IMG/VR virus record: IMGVR_UViG_3300032332_001463
Location: 370 to 64,369 of that record
Direction: 5' to 3' (one strand)
DNA from: a virus
DNA: 64,000 nt
Of the stretch, positions 8,823 through 24,800 are shown in pieces (position 1 is the first letter of the stretch; each line of letters begins with the position of its first letter). Under the pieces are notes generated by a model. It was given only the letters and a program-made list of their open reading frames with translations. It ran no database searches and was not told the DNA's origin. The translations under genes and the position numbers were made by a program.

Positions 8823-9959
8823 TCAGATCATCGACACCAGTCCATTAAAATCAATGTAGTCCCATGTTGGGTCCTTGGTGTCAAGGAATTCAGTTCCCGG
8901 GGTCAATGGCACTAGACTCAGACTGGTAGTACCATCGATCACATCTGATGAATCCGGTGTGATTGTCCTGCCATTGACCAGATTCACTGTGATAGTCAGT
9001 ACATTACCCAATCCACCAAGCATGCCGGTGGGACCGGATGTGTCTACTAGAATTTGTATATAGTCCTGGGTATCCTGATAATAGTACCCGTAGTTGTAGT
9101 TGTAGTTGTAATTTGGATCAGGCATCACAACTTTGGTCTTTACAGTTTGCGAATTTTTATAGTTATAGTTATAGTAATATCCATACTGTTGTGCCGGATA
9201 CTGTTTATAGTGTTCTAATTCTTGTCCAGGGTTACCGGCCCAATATCCGCCATTGGTATTATCTAGGATGGTGTAGTCTGTGCCCTTGATACCGGCACCG
9301 CCAATTTTACGAGTGTTTCTATACTCTAGTGATATGGTACCCATGTCGGCAACCATGTTGTTCCAGAAACCATCACGTGCGCTGGTGCCACCTGTGTGCG
9401 TTAGGGCCAATCTTATTTTTCCGCCTGCATTGAAAAAATATCTAGCAGAGTCAGCAGTTTCAAATGTCAGTGTTTGTGTAAAACGTAGTGTACGCTGCCC
9501 GACATGTCCCCACAGGCCACGATAACTAGTGACATGTGATTTTGTTGGTTGTCCAACTCCGTTGATGCCATGGGCAAACGGTGCCTGCGTGGTTGCGTAG
9601 ACGTTGCCTACATTGTTGTAACCTTGTAGAGTATACGGTTCAAAGTGTTGATATGTCCTAATAGGGGTGCCAGCTACTACACTGACATACCCAGGATCGT
9701 ATACCGTAGGATCATACACAGCACCCTGGTGTCCTATTATTTTTGACAGGATATAATCAAGGTTGTTCCATTCCTGTGTACGCATAAGATCGCCCACAGC
9801 CACCGGTGCTATATATGTGAGGTCTTGTCCGTAGCCAAACCTACCGTAACCTTCGCCCCATACTATCCCTGCGTTTGCACCCGAGGGCGGTAGTCCCGGT
9901 GTGGTAACTAGTTTATCGTAATCAACTGCTTCGGCTATGCCGCCGGTCACATAGGCCAT
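8823..9959 (-). CDS. putative virion structural protein
   Basis: In tail block; Gly/Thr-rich; ARYFFNAGGKI motif; Tyr/Asn low-complexity insert. Confidence 0.6.
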   Translation of the reverse strand: MAYVTGGIAEAVDYDKLVTTPGLPPSGANAGIVWGEGYGRFGYGQDLTYIAPVAVGDLMRTQEWNNLDYILSKIIGHQGAVYDPTVYDPGYVSVVAGTPIRTYQHFEPYTLQGYNNVGNVYATTQAPFAHGINGVGQPTKSHVTSYRGLWGHVGQRTLRFTQTLTFETADSARYFFNAGGKIRLALTHTGGTSARDGFWNNMVADMGTISLEYRNTRKIGGAGIKGTDYTILDNTNGGYWAGNPGQELEHYKQYPAQQYGYYYNYNYKNSQTVKTKVVMPDPNYNYNYNYGYYYQDTQDYIQILVDTSGPTGMLGGLGNVLTITVNLVNGRTITPDSSDVIDGTTSLSLVPLTPGTEFLDTKDPTWDYIDFNGLVSMI

Positions 9960-9968
9960 GTGTAGTCC

Positions 9969-11189
9969 TTAAGAATTTATTTTGACAATTGCTTCGACCA
10001 TGCCGACGCCCAAATCCATTTTATCAGCCAGCGCTCTGCCAATCACATTCCATGGAGTAATTTCATTTCTAGTGCCTTTGCGAGCCATGCCATTTCCGGC
10101 GCTGACCAGGCGATCGCCCTTTTGAATCAAACCAACTGCTCGCACCGGTACTCGCCCTGCCAAAGCAATTGCTGGATTGGTGGCAGTGTCATGCGTATTG
10201 TTCATCAAGTATGCCGGATTGGTACTGACTACCCCGAATACATCTTCGCTTAATTCATTGACTACCATGGTGACTTCGTGTAGTCCGCCCAAGGACACCA
10301 CAGTGCCGGGTGTGTATACTGCGTCTGCTGCAAATCTTTCTGCCAAGTCAGCGTACAATGCACTGGTAGCAGTTCCATGGAAAGTGACTGCATAGACGTT
10401 GGCAAAGCGATACTCAGCTGACCCTATGTCATGCATGTTGTCGTCGGTGGTAGTCAAATCACTGCCAAGTTCAATTGGGCCAATTATGGTCTGTAGATCC
10501 AATGTGTCGTTGCGCACATAGCTGGCAGCTGGATGACCACCAAGAGCCAATGCATTGTCGGCTGTACCGTGTATAGTTTGTAATAGTGGATTTAAGTCTG
10601 CCAGTGTTAGACCCGTGCGTATAGGTCCAGTAAAGCCAGCCACCAGAGATTCTGTATTTGGTGTAAACGCAGCATCTTTGCTCCAAATTCCGGTGACAAT
10701 GTCATTTACATAAAACTTGATGACCACATGTGATATGCTGTTGACGTCAGTAAGGGTGTCGGGTATTGAGCCAGTAATGCCCTGCTGCAACGAATATTGC
10801 GGACCGATCAATTTCCAGTTACTGGGAGCACCTGCCCAAATGTATAACTGTTCGCGGAATGTGTCAAACCATTGATCACCGATGGCGGGATTTGGTGGGG
10901 CTGCTCTAGATGCTGTTGCTGCACTGATGGTTTTCCATGTACCACTATCAGTGTAGACCTTCATCTGACGATTGCCTGCGTCAAACCAAAGTTGACCCAC
11001 TAATGCGTTGACCGGCGGTGCCGAATTTGAAAAATTTTCTAATAGTCCAACTAAATTATTGTTCATGAACTGACCGTAGCCAGCAAAATTCTTACCTACT
11101 AGGGTCAAACTGGTGTAGTTTACATCAGCGGTACCGTCGGCTATGGTCACCAGCGAGTCACCGTTTGTCAATGTAATATTGTATGCCAT
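9969..11189 (-). CDS. tail fibre-like protein with C-terminal intramolecular chaperone/peptidase-like domain
   Basis: N-terminal LLENF..PP..GQLWFD anchor repeats; C-terminal YADLAERF...GVVSTNPAYLMN...LAGRVPV...GDRLVS. Confidence 0.72.
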   Translation of the reverse strand: MAYNITLTNGDSLVTIADGTADVNYTSLTLVGKNFAGYGQFMNNNLVGLLENFSNSAPPVNALVGQLWFDAGNRQMKVYTDSGTWKTISAATASRAAPPNPAIGDQWFDTFREQLYIWAGAPSNWKLIGPQYSLQQGITGSIPDTLTDVNSISHVVIKFYVNDIVTGIWSKDAAFTPNTESLVAGFTGPIRTGLTLADLNPLLQTIHGTADNALALGGHPAASYVRNDTLDLQTIIGPIELGSDLTTTDDNMHDIGSAEYRFANVYAVTFHGTATSALYADLAERFAADAVYTPGTVVSLGGLHEVTMVVNELSEDVFGVVSTNPAYLMNNTHDTATNPAIALAGRVPVRAVGLIQKGDRLVSAGNGMARKGTRNEITPWNVIGRALADKMDLGVGMVEAIVKINS

Positions 11190-11219
11190 TCTAATTTACT
11201 CCAGATTTAATGTTATTTA

Positions 11220-12846
<1,627 letters not shown>

Positions 12847-12863
12847 GTTATTATTTATCATGA

Positions 12864-15800
12864 TTAATAGTAGGGGTTATTCTTCAAAAAGATTGATATT
12901 GATGACATTGAATCTGCTAGCATACCTTCCTGGAATTGTGCATATCTAGTGTACACAGCCTTGATTGATACACCATTTGTGATGCGATCAATTGCCGATT
13001 GCGTGAATGTGACAATCACATGCCCGGCAGCACCCAGTGACAATCGATAATCGTTTGGGGTGTTGCCTGTGCCAAATTTTGTTTTGCCCAACAGTGAATT
13101 ACCAGTGTCCATCATCAGCTGGTTAGGGCCAATGTATAGAGCAAATTGATTTTTTACTGTGTCCAACGTTTCGTCTACCACAAATGTGGTAGCAAAATTG
13201 GGCTTAGACTTGTTAAATTTATATGTAGTAGTCTGGGTGTCAGCTGCTGCGGTAATCTTCAATGACTTGTCTAGAGATTCAACTGTGCTACCTGACGAGT
13301 GTACTGCTGGTGTTGGTGTTCCACCATTGCCGCGCACAAGTCCACTGAGTTGGTTAGTCACACTATCTACCCGATTGACTACTATTTTCTCACCATTGAT
13401 CAATATTGCAGTAGGCAATCCGGTTCTGATTATGGGCCCAATACCAGTAACATGTATCACTTTGTCGTCGTAATGCAAGTCCGCAGACAAATAAGTTTTA
13501 GTTGCACCGGCTACTGCATAAAAATCAGTGTTATCTTTGTTGTCCTTGAACAATCTGTATGCTGCTCGGTCAGTGGCATCAGTTGGATCGTTGTGATTCA
13601 GGTTGGTAATCACAGTCATGTCCAAGGTATCAAATGTGATTCCCGGCACCAGTTCTTCTGGAATACTGTTGATAGCGTTTTCTGCTATGTTGCCACCAGT
13701 GATATTGACGTCAGTGTTGGCCGTGCCAGTCACATCATCATAGTTGGGCGGAGATAATACAAATGTGTCCTTGGTAACATCAACAGTATTATCTACGCTA
13801 TTGGCCAAACTTGGATTTGGTACTATGCGACTTACATCAATTATACCGGTATTGCTGTCAAACTCGCGCGGTACTTGATATCTATTGGGACGATACCTTG
13901 CTGCAATCCTATCCAGTGCAGTTGTGTATTCTTTATCAGAGATTTCTGCAAACAACGAATAGTTAAACAAGCTGGTACTGGGCACCGCGGACTGAGCCAC
14001 ATAGCCCACGCCTTGATAACTTACTCTTGCACCTTCTTTGTACTGAGTATTTGGTAGCCATTCGGTTATATCAGTCTCGTATGTTACTCTATCAAATTTC
14101 AATAGGGTTTTGATACTGCGTATTTTATGGTTGGCCAATACTGCATATGCTGTGGAACCGGTGCCATTTCCTTGTATTATGACCACGGGTTCTCCCCGGA
14201 AGTATCGCCCCGGATTGACTATGTCGATCTGCTCAACGCGGCCCAACAACTCATTTATTGTAGCAACGGCAACGACTCCGGTTCCAACACCAGCCGAATC
14301 AATTACAGTCACTTTTGGTGGTGCTGTATAACCCGAACCTTTATTGACCAAGACTATGTTTTCAATTTGATTAAGGAAGTTGTCGTTCCAATCTCGATAT
14401 GCAGCACTGGAATACAGTGGGCCATCAATCGCTGGATATTCTCCGCTCGGGCTTCTGAACCTGCCCAGAGCAGAGTCATAGTATGCCGGCAGGTCAAAAT
14501 CACTCAGCGCAGTATTGGCCACGTCAACTCCGTTGTAGGCTATTTTGTACTCACGTATCTTGGTACGATAGGGTTTTACTTCATCAATATATTGTCGATA
14601 GTATGTTGTATTATCTTTAATGTACACTGGATATTGTTGCAGTTCTCTTATTTTGTGCAATACATTAATGAAACTGGTCTTGAACGCCCAGTCAACAGTT
14701 TTTTGTTCGCTAAGGATATATTCAATAGCAACAAACATCAATCGATTGTAGTTGTCCAGTAGATCATCAACAAATATATTTTTTTCCAGCCCGGTCAGTA
14801 TGTTTCTAGTTTCTTGCGAGTAGTCTTTATCAAACGTGGTGGCATCAAATGCAGCGTTATCAAATCCCACACCGTTGATGCTGGTGTCCCAAATTAAATC
14901 ATTTAGTTTAAGTGTACCGCGCTCAACTGCAACCAACACTGCCGCATCAACTGCGGCAAATTGATATATTTCAAATCCGCGGGCCGAGTCATTCAATACC
15001 TTGACTGTGTCACCATACTGGATATTTAATTTTTCAATATCTTTGTATTCTGCAACAACGTAACTGGGCACAGTGCCAATTGAGTAATTGCTGCTGTACC
15101 AGGTATCAAATCCCCAAAGTTGTGTGGTATCATAGGTTTGATTCCTGACCAATTGGTAATTTCCGTCAATGTCCAAGACACGTATGGTCCAAATATCAAA
15201 ATAGTCAGCGTCGTAACCGACCAATACACGCAGCCCCGCCAGCAAGTTACCATTGGTATCATGCTTGTTGACATAGGCCAATTGATCTAGGTTGTCTACG
15301 CGATAATCGTATTCACTATGTGCCGGCTCTGGATCAGCACAGAACCAATCAGCTGAAACAAATTTACGTGTATTTTGTAATTTGGTAGCAGCGGTGGTTG
15401 TTGTGAAAACTGAGTTGGCATACTGTACCATATTGCGTATGGCAGCATTTCTATTCAATACCAGGGTCTGACAAGGACGAACAGATAATCCAATTTGCTG
15501 TGCTCTTGGTAGTTTGATATCAGGCACTGACCTTCCTGCGGAGTCGGTGCCACTGAGACTGTCTACCAGTTTGTTCACGATCCTGGGCGGGAAGGGAAAT
15601 GCTCCGTTACCTTCTTGTACCAATTCAAATTCATTATGCATAATGTTGTTATTCATTACTGTTTCATAATTTACCTGTAGCACAGTGGTATTTGCTGAAA
15701 TGTAGTCTTGGCAATTGATCAATCCAATGCTGTTGTCTGACAGAATCGCAGCATAAGGTATATTTTGCGCTTTGGGATCTGATATCAATCCTTCAATAGC

Positions 15801-18800
15801 CAATACGCTCAGAGTCCTATCACCAGTTTGTGGTACTGTTGATATATCTCTTACCCAATAATAGTATGTGGTAGTGATTATTCCTGTAGTTGGATCTGCC
15901 CCGTTTATCATCACATAGGCACTGTCATCGGGATGTAGAGGTGTACCTTTGTATAGACTAGAGTATCTGCTGGGCAACACTATACTGGAAATCCACTCGT
16001 AGACAGAGATTGTACTGCCAGGGAACAACTTGCCCCAATTTTTTAATCGGTAGTTTAAATCCTGTTGTTCGTAATCGATAAATCTAGCAGTGTCTAGATT
16101 CCACCATGTTTTTCCAACTTGTGCGCTGTTCCAGTGGTAGTCATCGCTTAGGGTTTGATCAACTGTGGTCCCAGCATTGTAGCTGGCCGGATCTCTACTA
16201 GATTTATAATCGATTGCAGCTTCAGCAACACCTAAAATCTTACCCTTGATTGGATCAATATAATCCAATGGTGTCAATGTTTCTCGATTAACACGATTGT
16301 ACAAATGTACTCCGGTTATTCCAGCCACATCCACTGTGGGCATTTGATGTCTCAGCAATGTCCACCCTTTGCCGCCAGTGGCATTTTTAAATCGATATAC
16401 TTGGCCAGAGTTGTTCCCGTGCGGTAAGAAGACATCGTCATGTAGGGCAGATCCTATCAGCATGGTGTCTGAATTGAAATCTATTCCTGCGCCAAATTGA
16501 TCACCTGTTATCAAGTATGGTGCTGTGAATTCTTGACTGAAGCCAAAAGTACCAAATTGATCAGTATCAGCCGCAGTGGAAGACAAATAATCATACGAGT
16601 ACACCACCCCGGTTCCCATGGCATAATCTATAAATCTAGTGGCATCGCTATCAAACGTAGTGGTCTTGATGTCTAGGTATGCATATTGTATTGATGATCC
16701 ATTTAGTCCTGTGATCAGCAAAGTCTCGGAATTGTTGGCAATACGCAAGCGAGATCCAAATCGATCTCCCTGGGATGAAGTCAATGGTTTGACAATCTTT
16801 TGCGTTAATTGGAACATATCGGAATCTGAGTTGCTGTTTACAAACCTAAACACAACACCGCCGTTATATCCTAGATAGCTGTAGCCAGGCGCACCAACAT
16901 AGACACTGCTGGCGTCTGGGGATATCTCTACACTGACGCCGACCCTGCCACGATAGGTGGGATAGTCTGCTGTGAGTTCCTGTAACAGCACCGGGCCGGC
17001 TCCAATATTTTTATAAACGTATGCAGCACCTGCATACAGTACTTGATTTATTGTGGCATCCAAGGCGCCTACAACTAAAACTTTACCAGTGTTTTCAGTT
17101 TTAACACTACTGCCAAATGCTGACCCCAGTGTACCTTGCACAGTACTGGTATAGGCATAGTATGATCTCTGTGTTATAACCAAGAAGTCATTGAATCCCG
17201 GAGTTGACAATTCGGGCACTAGGTCATTTGCATATACCGAATTATGATTTAATATCACAGTATGGTTTAGCACAGTGTAATCAGTCCCCAACTGCAATAG
17301 TGCATCTTTATAATAGACTGCAATACTGTTGACATCTGTTAGATCGTAAGGAACTGCATAGTGCGACACACCAGGAGTCGCGCTAAACACCTTGGTTTTA
17401 AATTCATATGGACGCAGTTGGTAGGTATAGACTCGATCGGCGCCTGGGCTACCCACATATAACCACCGACCATCTCGGCTGGCTGATATGCTGTGGCCAA
17501 ATCGAGCAGACGGTGTTGCGTCCGGAGCAGTTATGTACTGTATTGGACGAACATATGCATCGCTGACTTGAGAATATATCAACACTGTTCCAGTTTTATT
17601 ATTGGAATTTGGTGCACCGGCTATGATATGCAAACTGGTAAAATCAACCGAGTGCCCCAAGGCAGCCACATTGATATTGGTTATTGACAGTACTGGTATT
17701 TCTTTTTTGGTTTCATCATTGTTGAATACATGCAGAGTGCCGCGGTGGCCAAACTCGCCGGGACTACCAACAACCATCATATCCCCAATTGGATTGATCC
17801 TAACTGATGTTCCATATAGAAAATTAGCGCCGTGTTGATAATTTTTTAGTTCCACAGTGTCGGTCAATTGCCATGGACTTTGTTTTTTATAAACTGCCCA
17901 ACGCCCTTGGCTGTCAGAATCGATCCAGGTCAAGTCTCCATCTTTCCACGTATGCAATGGAGTTGCGTCTGCAATATCTTTTGGCGATTTAAATCTCAGT
18001 GAGTGCAAAGCCATCAGTACTCCGGTACCAGTCAATGGTGCAGTGCGTAATAATTTAGTTATCTCAGCGGTAGTTGCAACGGTGAATGCCCTGCTGTCTG
18101 ATGATATACCAGTGACTATATGGAAGCCATCAATTTTAGAATCAAATTGTTTTATGATGACTGTGTCGCCGATTGCAAATCCATGGGCATTTTTCGTAGT
18201 CACTGTGGCAGACAAATCCAAAGAATACGCCACGCTGGTAACGGTGTTGTCGGTTTCATTTACACGATAGATATCCCAGTCGCGATTGGCGCTTTTGGCT
18301 ATCCATATGGTGTATCCGCTGTTGACGTTGTCTAGATTTGCCGATAAAGAACTATATGATTCACTATCAAATACTGTAGCATCAACATCATCTAGATTTA
18401 TATAGCCAGCCGTTTGTATGTCGTTTACTCGACTAGACTCTGCGTCACGGTTAATGAATCTAACCGGGCCCGGTTGGAAAGGCCTAGAATATAAATTTTT
18501 ATCTTTAACTGATACCATGCCCGGTATAGCCAGCTGGTCATTGTTGTCGACTATGGTTATACCCAATTGGCTGGTCAGTGCCCATGAATCGTTAAGTTGT
18601 ATTTCCACAGTCTGGTTGCTGTTCTGTGCGCCGTATTCGCCTACACGGAATCCCCACTCTTCAAAATAAGAAATATTATTTTGTAGATTGTTGAACGAAG
18701 TATTCTTTAACGCATTGATAGAATTTCTAGTACCTTTTTCTTTGATAAATCCTTGATAGAATTTGATTTGGCTGGCAGTGGTAACACCAAGATCATTGAG

Positions 18801-21800
18801 ATAATTTCTACTGCGGAATCCAATCAATCCAGAACTGAATTGCTGAGTTTGTTCGTCAATATTACCAGCATCCACATCGTATGCAGCAATTGATTTGGCT
18901 GCATTGGTAGCAAAATTGGGAAGCAGTCCGGTTTTGATAGACGTCTTGTCAATTGATCTCCATTCAGACACAGAAAATGTGCTGGATGCTATTAAATCTA
19001 TCAATGCAACATAGTAGGCATTTTTATGCAAAACAATATCGCCTTTGAGATAATCTTTACCGCTGCGCCATTCATCAACAGTTGATGAATTGTATATAAA
19101 TCCTGGCGCACTCAAAGAACCATCCCAATCATTTGTTTTATTGCCCACCAGTTTGATACGATATTGACGACTGCCCGACTCAGGCAAATAAATCACATCA
19201 TTGAATATGGTGTTGTTGTCAAATACTAATACATGCTCAAACTGTACCAGATCCAATTCGGCGTAGGCAATGGTTTGTGCGTCGGCTGTTTGTATTGTAA
19301 AATTTCCAGCTTGGCGCAAGATAACCAGATTGTTCTTTTTAATGACAGAAAAATTAGGATCTAATATCTTGCTGCCCAGTGGTTCGTTGGTAACTTCATC
19401 CACCACTGACAGTTCGCTTATTAAATTCAGCTTTGAATTGCATGGACTCAATATCAGCATGCTGCCGGTCTTCCATCCCTGCAAAGTCCAAGTAAGGAAT
19501 TCTCGGGCGCTCACTACCCAATCTTGAACAGCGCCTAGGTCTTGACTGTATTGATCAAATATAAATCCTTGGCTGTTTAGAAATCGTTGGTAGCTTACTA
19601 AAAAGTCCACCAGCTGTTGTCTAGATGTAAATTCGTAGCCATATGGCACTGTCAATTTACTCAATTGATATGATTTGTAAATGGTTGCACTTACTGTTTG
19701 CACAGATATCGCATAGCTTTCGCCACCAGTGTTGCTGGGAATAATAGTAAAGTACGGAGATGCGGTATCGTATCCGGTCACTGTATAACCGGTACCGGTT
19801 TTCTTGACTATGACTGCACTGTACACCACTCGATCAGTTGGCACACTTTTATTGAGGTGTACTTGATAATTCTGATCAGGAATTATGATAGATTCATTGA
19901 TACTGGTAGGACTGTACTGATCGGCCAACGCTGTCAAGTACTTCCTGTCAGTGAAGCCGGCCACGCGGTAGGCTAATTGTATGTCAAAATTTTCTAATAG
20001 AGTACGTATCTTGGTTGGTGCAGATATTCCCAAACTGATCAAATAGTCACTGATGTAATTGATATAACCTGCTGTGCGTGTTACCGAGTCATTGACTGTT
20101 TCGCCTGGTATTGTTATGCCTGCAGGAGTTACTCTACCACCTGTACTTGACATTTGATACTGATTTAATAATGTATTTTTTCCGTAGGCATTGGTGTCAA
20201 ATAGTTCGGCAAAATACATTGCCGGTTTCATTAGTGCAATTGCCTGCTGCAATGCAAACGGATACTCGCTGCTGCGGCGCCAAGCAGTTTCTGCTGGGCC
20301 ACCATCGCCAACAGCAAAATCGTCTGCCATGCGACTGCTATTGAATTGCTTGGCAATTTTGCCCAATGGTGGTAATAGATCACCATGGTCATCAACTGGT
20401 ATAATTGACGCCAATCCGGGGCGAGCATACCTGCTATAGGTGCCGGCGCGGGCGCCTTGTCGCACGGTGCCTGCTGCTAGATCCGCCCACAGCAATTGAT
20501 TTTCTGATGTGTATGGTGCTGGACCGTATGTGCTGGTCCACCAAGCCGGCTCATCAACAAACCCTAGCATTTCCCATGGGCACATATGTGGGCGGTCTGT
20601 GTCAAAGAAGTATTGGTAAATTCCTCTCCAGTAACCGGGCAAGGGTTGGTCATACACCACATCCGTGCTGTTTTTATAATTGTAGCTGAAAGGATCGCCG
20701 GAATTAAAATAGCTGTTGGATGCAATATCTACCTGGTTGGTTCCGGCCCATTTTAATAGAGCAGCCTGTATAATATTATTGAATTCACTGAGTGAATAAT
20801 CGGTTGACCTAAATCTTCCGGGCACATAATCGCGTACATCAACTGCCAACCGATCATGATCTACCTTGATATTGTTGTATATCCTGGTTTCCAATTCCAG
20901 TAAAAATAAATCTCTAAAGTCGCCGAATGCTGGTGTGATACTGCCATCATGTCCACGTATCACTTGTACCGGATTGATATAGGTATCATCAATATATAAT
21001 TTTGGTATAAATTTAGGATACAGGCCCAACTTGGTAGGGGTCTCGGGTATGTAGTTGCCATCAGTATTGTATTCCCGGATTTCAATTACAGATCCAGTTA
21101 TTAGATACACAGTGTCGTTAATAATAATAGATGGCCTGTTGGTGGAAAATTCATAATCAACACCGTGGGTCAACAGTTGCTTTCCGTTATAAACCAGTAC
21201 TGCGCGACTTTGCAATTGTGTAATATCAAATATGCTATCAATTTTAAACTGACGGTCGCGTGGATTTATAACCGAGTAATGAGTAGAAGTGTATATGCCA
21301 TATGGCACCATGTCACTGATATACCAGGGAAATGACGGATTCTTCGCTGCGTTTACTGTTTCTAGAATCTTATCAACTGCACTAGAGGGATCATTAAAAT
21401 TCAAACCCGGTAGATTCACTGCGGTTTCTAAAAATTTATTTTTAAATTTAGTGTATTCGCTTCGAGCATAGTCAATTCCGTTTATGAAATTGACCTGTTT
21501 TGATATTAAAAATAGGCTGGCATATATTGTAGGCGCTGCCGATTGCAAGATGTTGCCACCAGAGTGCTTGATATCAATGTCTCTTAGATTGCTGTCACCC
21601 GGCAATTGGCCGGTCAGGTCCAGTGAATTTTGTCCAGTCAGTGTCACGTGGTTTCTAATTTGTCCTAACGACATTGCTGTGACATTGACATTTTTACTAT
21701 TGTAATTTAAATTGTCAGGGATCTGATAATAACCAACCGAACTGATTTCTTTTCTGTTATAGATCAGTATATCAATGTTGTCACCGGCTGCCACTAGTGA

Positions 21801-24800
21801 TTTAATATAAACAGTATTGACTGCTCCAATCTTTACTATTTCGTAGGCAGAAATATCCAGCAGTACATTGTTTACATAAACTTTCAATGTAGGAACAGTG
21901 GTTGCAGCATCTGGTAAGATATCTATGGCAAAATAATTGGTATCACCGGCTGCTATGGTGTTGATGATTTGATATTGTTTACTGGGCTCACTGCAGGTGG
22001 TCCATGCCGAGCGCTGAGTAAAATCTGTGTGTGACTTGTTTTCACGCAGGTAACCTAGATTGATATTTCTAGTGACAAAAGCACCATTTACTAGATACTC
22101 AAATTGATCCAGATCAAAATTGTTGTTGAACAAGATGTCAGCTATGGAATTGAAATTCCTATAGGCCAGCGGGAATCCCAGTACTGTGTCTGCTGTGCCA
22201 GATCCGGTCCTGTAAGAAAATATGTTGGTGCCTGCAAATTTGCTGCTGGGGTATGCAACATCGCTGAGTGATCGACCTTGCATGTCAAATACATCAAATT
22301 TTGGTGGCTGATTGATACCACGCTTTTGCTGCCCACGTTGCCATGCTGTGCCATCATACCAAAAAGTCACACCTTGATTTGGGCCACTGACCGACACCAC
22401 GGTGTCATATTCAACTAGTACATCGTCAGGATCATCGGAAACAATCAATTGTATCCTAGGGTCTCTGTAGTAAAACTCAGCGTTGATCACGGGCTCTGCT
22501 GCTTCTGCTGCCAGGCGCAATTTGGTGTTGTTGATGATGAATGCCACGGTGCCTAGATACTTTCCATCTAGATCATATACTGCTCCGCCAACTTTCAAGT
22601 CAGTGGTAAATGCGGTGTTGATACCAAATACATAATTACTACCAGTGGATGCCAGCAATCTAACATCAAAGTTATTGAACTCTGTTGGCGTATATGGGGT
22701 GGTAAAATGTATCAGGTAGTGGCGAGATCCTAGATCATCAATTTGTGTTATCTGCCCGACAGCGCCCGATCCGGGATAATCTAATCCAGCAACTTCAACA
22801 GCAGTCAATATCTTTGGCGACCCAAGTACTTCCCAAGTATATCTAGTGGCAGCAGTGGGGTCGGTATCCAGTGAATTTTTTACTGGATCACTCACGCTGG
22901 CAAAATTGATTGTGGACGGCTCGATAGATATCTGACCCAGGCCTTTGCCGTCATAATAGGATTCCTTGGCAGAGTTATCTTGTAGCGCATACTGTACACG
23001 ATATATCTGAGTACGAACCAACGGATCAAGACTCGCAGCAAACAGTACACGCTGGCCTTCCTTGAACTCTGTGCCATTTACTGTCAGAGATCTACTGTGC
23101 TGTACTGCATCACGACGGCTGCGAGCTTCTACTCTGATATCAAATCCCATTTGATGTGATGCCAGTGTCAGTACTTTGCCAAAAATGCTGTACTGGCTTG
23201 GAGGTACCAGCACACCACCAGCAGTGACAGTGACTGTGTCTGTAGCATCAGGTGTGAAGTTTAGTGTATATGTTAGGCCTTGATTGACAAAATCAACCGA
23301 TCGGGTGCGCAGATCACCAAAAGCATCCAGCGTGGTGGTGTCAACAATGTCTGCAGGCGATTTTCCAACTCGACCATTATTGAACAATTGTATGCTGGGT
23401 TCAAATTCAATTATGGGACGCTGTGCTCTAGTGGCCTGCTCAAATGTAGCAATGGTGTTGTTGTATGCTGCCGCTGCTGTGATCACATCGCCATGGAACC
23501 AACGATTTTGGCGTGCCCATGCATTCAAATCAAGTGATCCGCGATTGCAGACCACATAGTCCGGTGCGGGCGGACCCTTGAAAGGTTCGTCCCAATTGCC
23601 GCTGGCATAGGGAACATGATCCCAAGGCACTTGACCTGCTTCTGCTAGACCCGGCTCAGGAAAAGCCAAGTCATCAAATTTAACCAGGCGTATACTGCGT
23701 CCAACACCTTCAATTACATACACAACGTCGGCATATTTTGCCGGGGCGACTGAGTTATCAAATTTGATCATGAGTCCATTTGTGAACACCACACCGGTAG
23801 GACTGGTATAAGTGGCACGACCCAGTATGTCCTCGTCAACGTTGATTGATTTTACTGCATTATTTACTAGGTCAATTATGCCATGTGCATTTGGATTTGA
23901 TTCGTCCTGATAGTACAGTCGATCTAGATTACTGGTCAGTGGTGGTATCTGCTCCAATCGGCCAGCATTGTTGTAAAACTCTGTGCCAATGTTGGTTTCG
24001 CCTGATCTAATATAGACTCTAGTGTCCACCGGAATTGTGCGTACAACTTCTAACTGGATAAAGTCAGTGTCATCCCCGTTGGTGACCAATTGTATTCTAT
24101 AAATTGTAGTATCGTTACTTGACAAAAATATTATAGTTTTGTAGTTGGGACCAGTGATGCTGCCATCAATACCAGCAGGCAAGCTGCTGAATCTATGCCC
24201 TCTGATGTCATCAATTGATTGCGTAGTTGCATAGTCAACTGATCCTATGATAGGCATTGTTAGAAAATTGTCTTGTGCAGTATCCAAGGGAACACTGAAT
24301 TCAATGGTGCCATGGTCGGTGCCATTATTACTGACTCCCAACACATCTCTGGTGCTGACTGCCGGCTGAGCTCTTTTAAAACCAGTTACGCCCGGTTCGG
24401 TCTGAATCCAGATTCTGGCCCCGGGACGATTGGTATAAAATTTATACAGGCCGCCGCGCACTATGGTCAACTCGGGATTGTTTCCTGCTTGTTTTTCAAT
24501 ATTGATTAGATTGGTATTGACATCAGCAGATAGAATAAATGTCTGCTGACTGCTGACCACTGTGGATGTTATGACAACTGGATCAACGCCGTTGGGCAAC
24601 CAATAGTATTGACTGTAATTGATAAATTTGTCAAAGTCAAACAGCCCGTCGTATGTGTACATTTCAGACTGAAACAGTCTGTCATGGTTTGATGTTTCGG
24701 CATTGTAGTATTTTAATTTATTGATGAGATCTGTGTAACCACTGTATTGATCTATAGATCCGTTGACAGCCTTGGTGATTACGCTGGGCTCAAGTTGATA

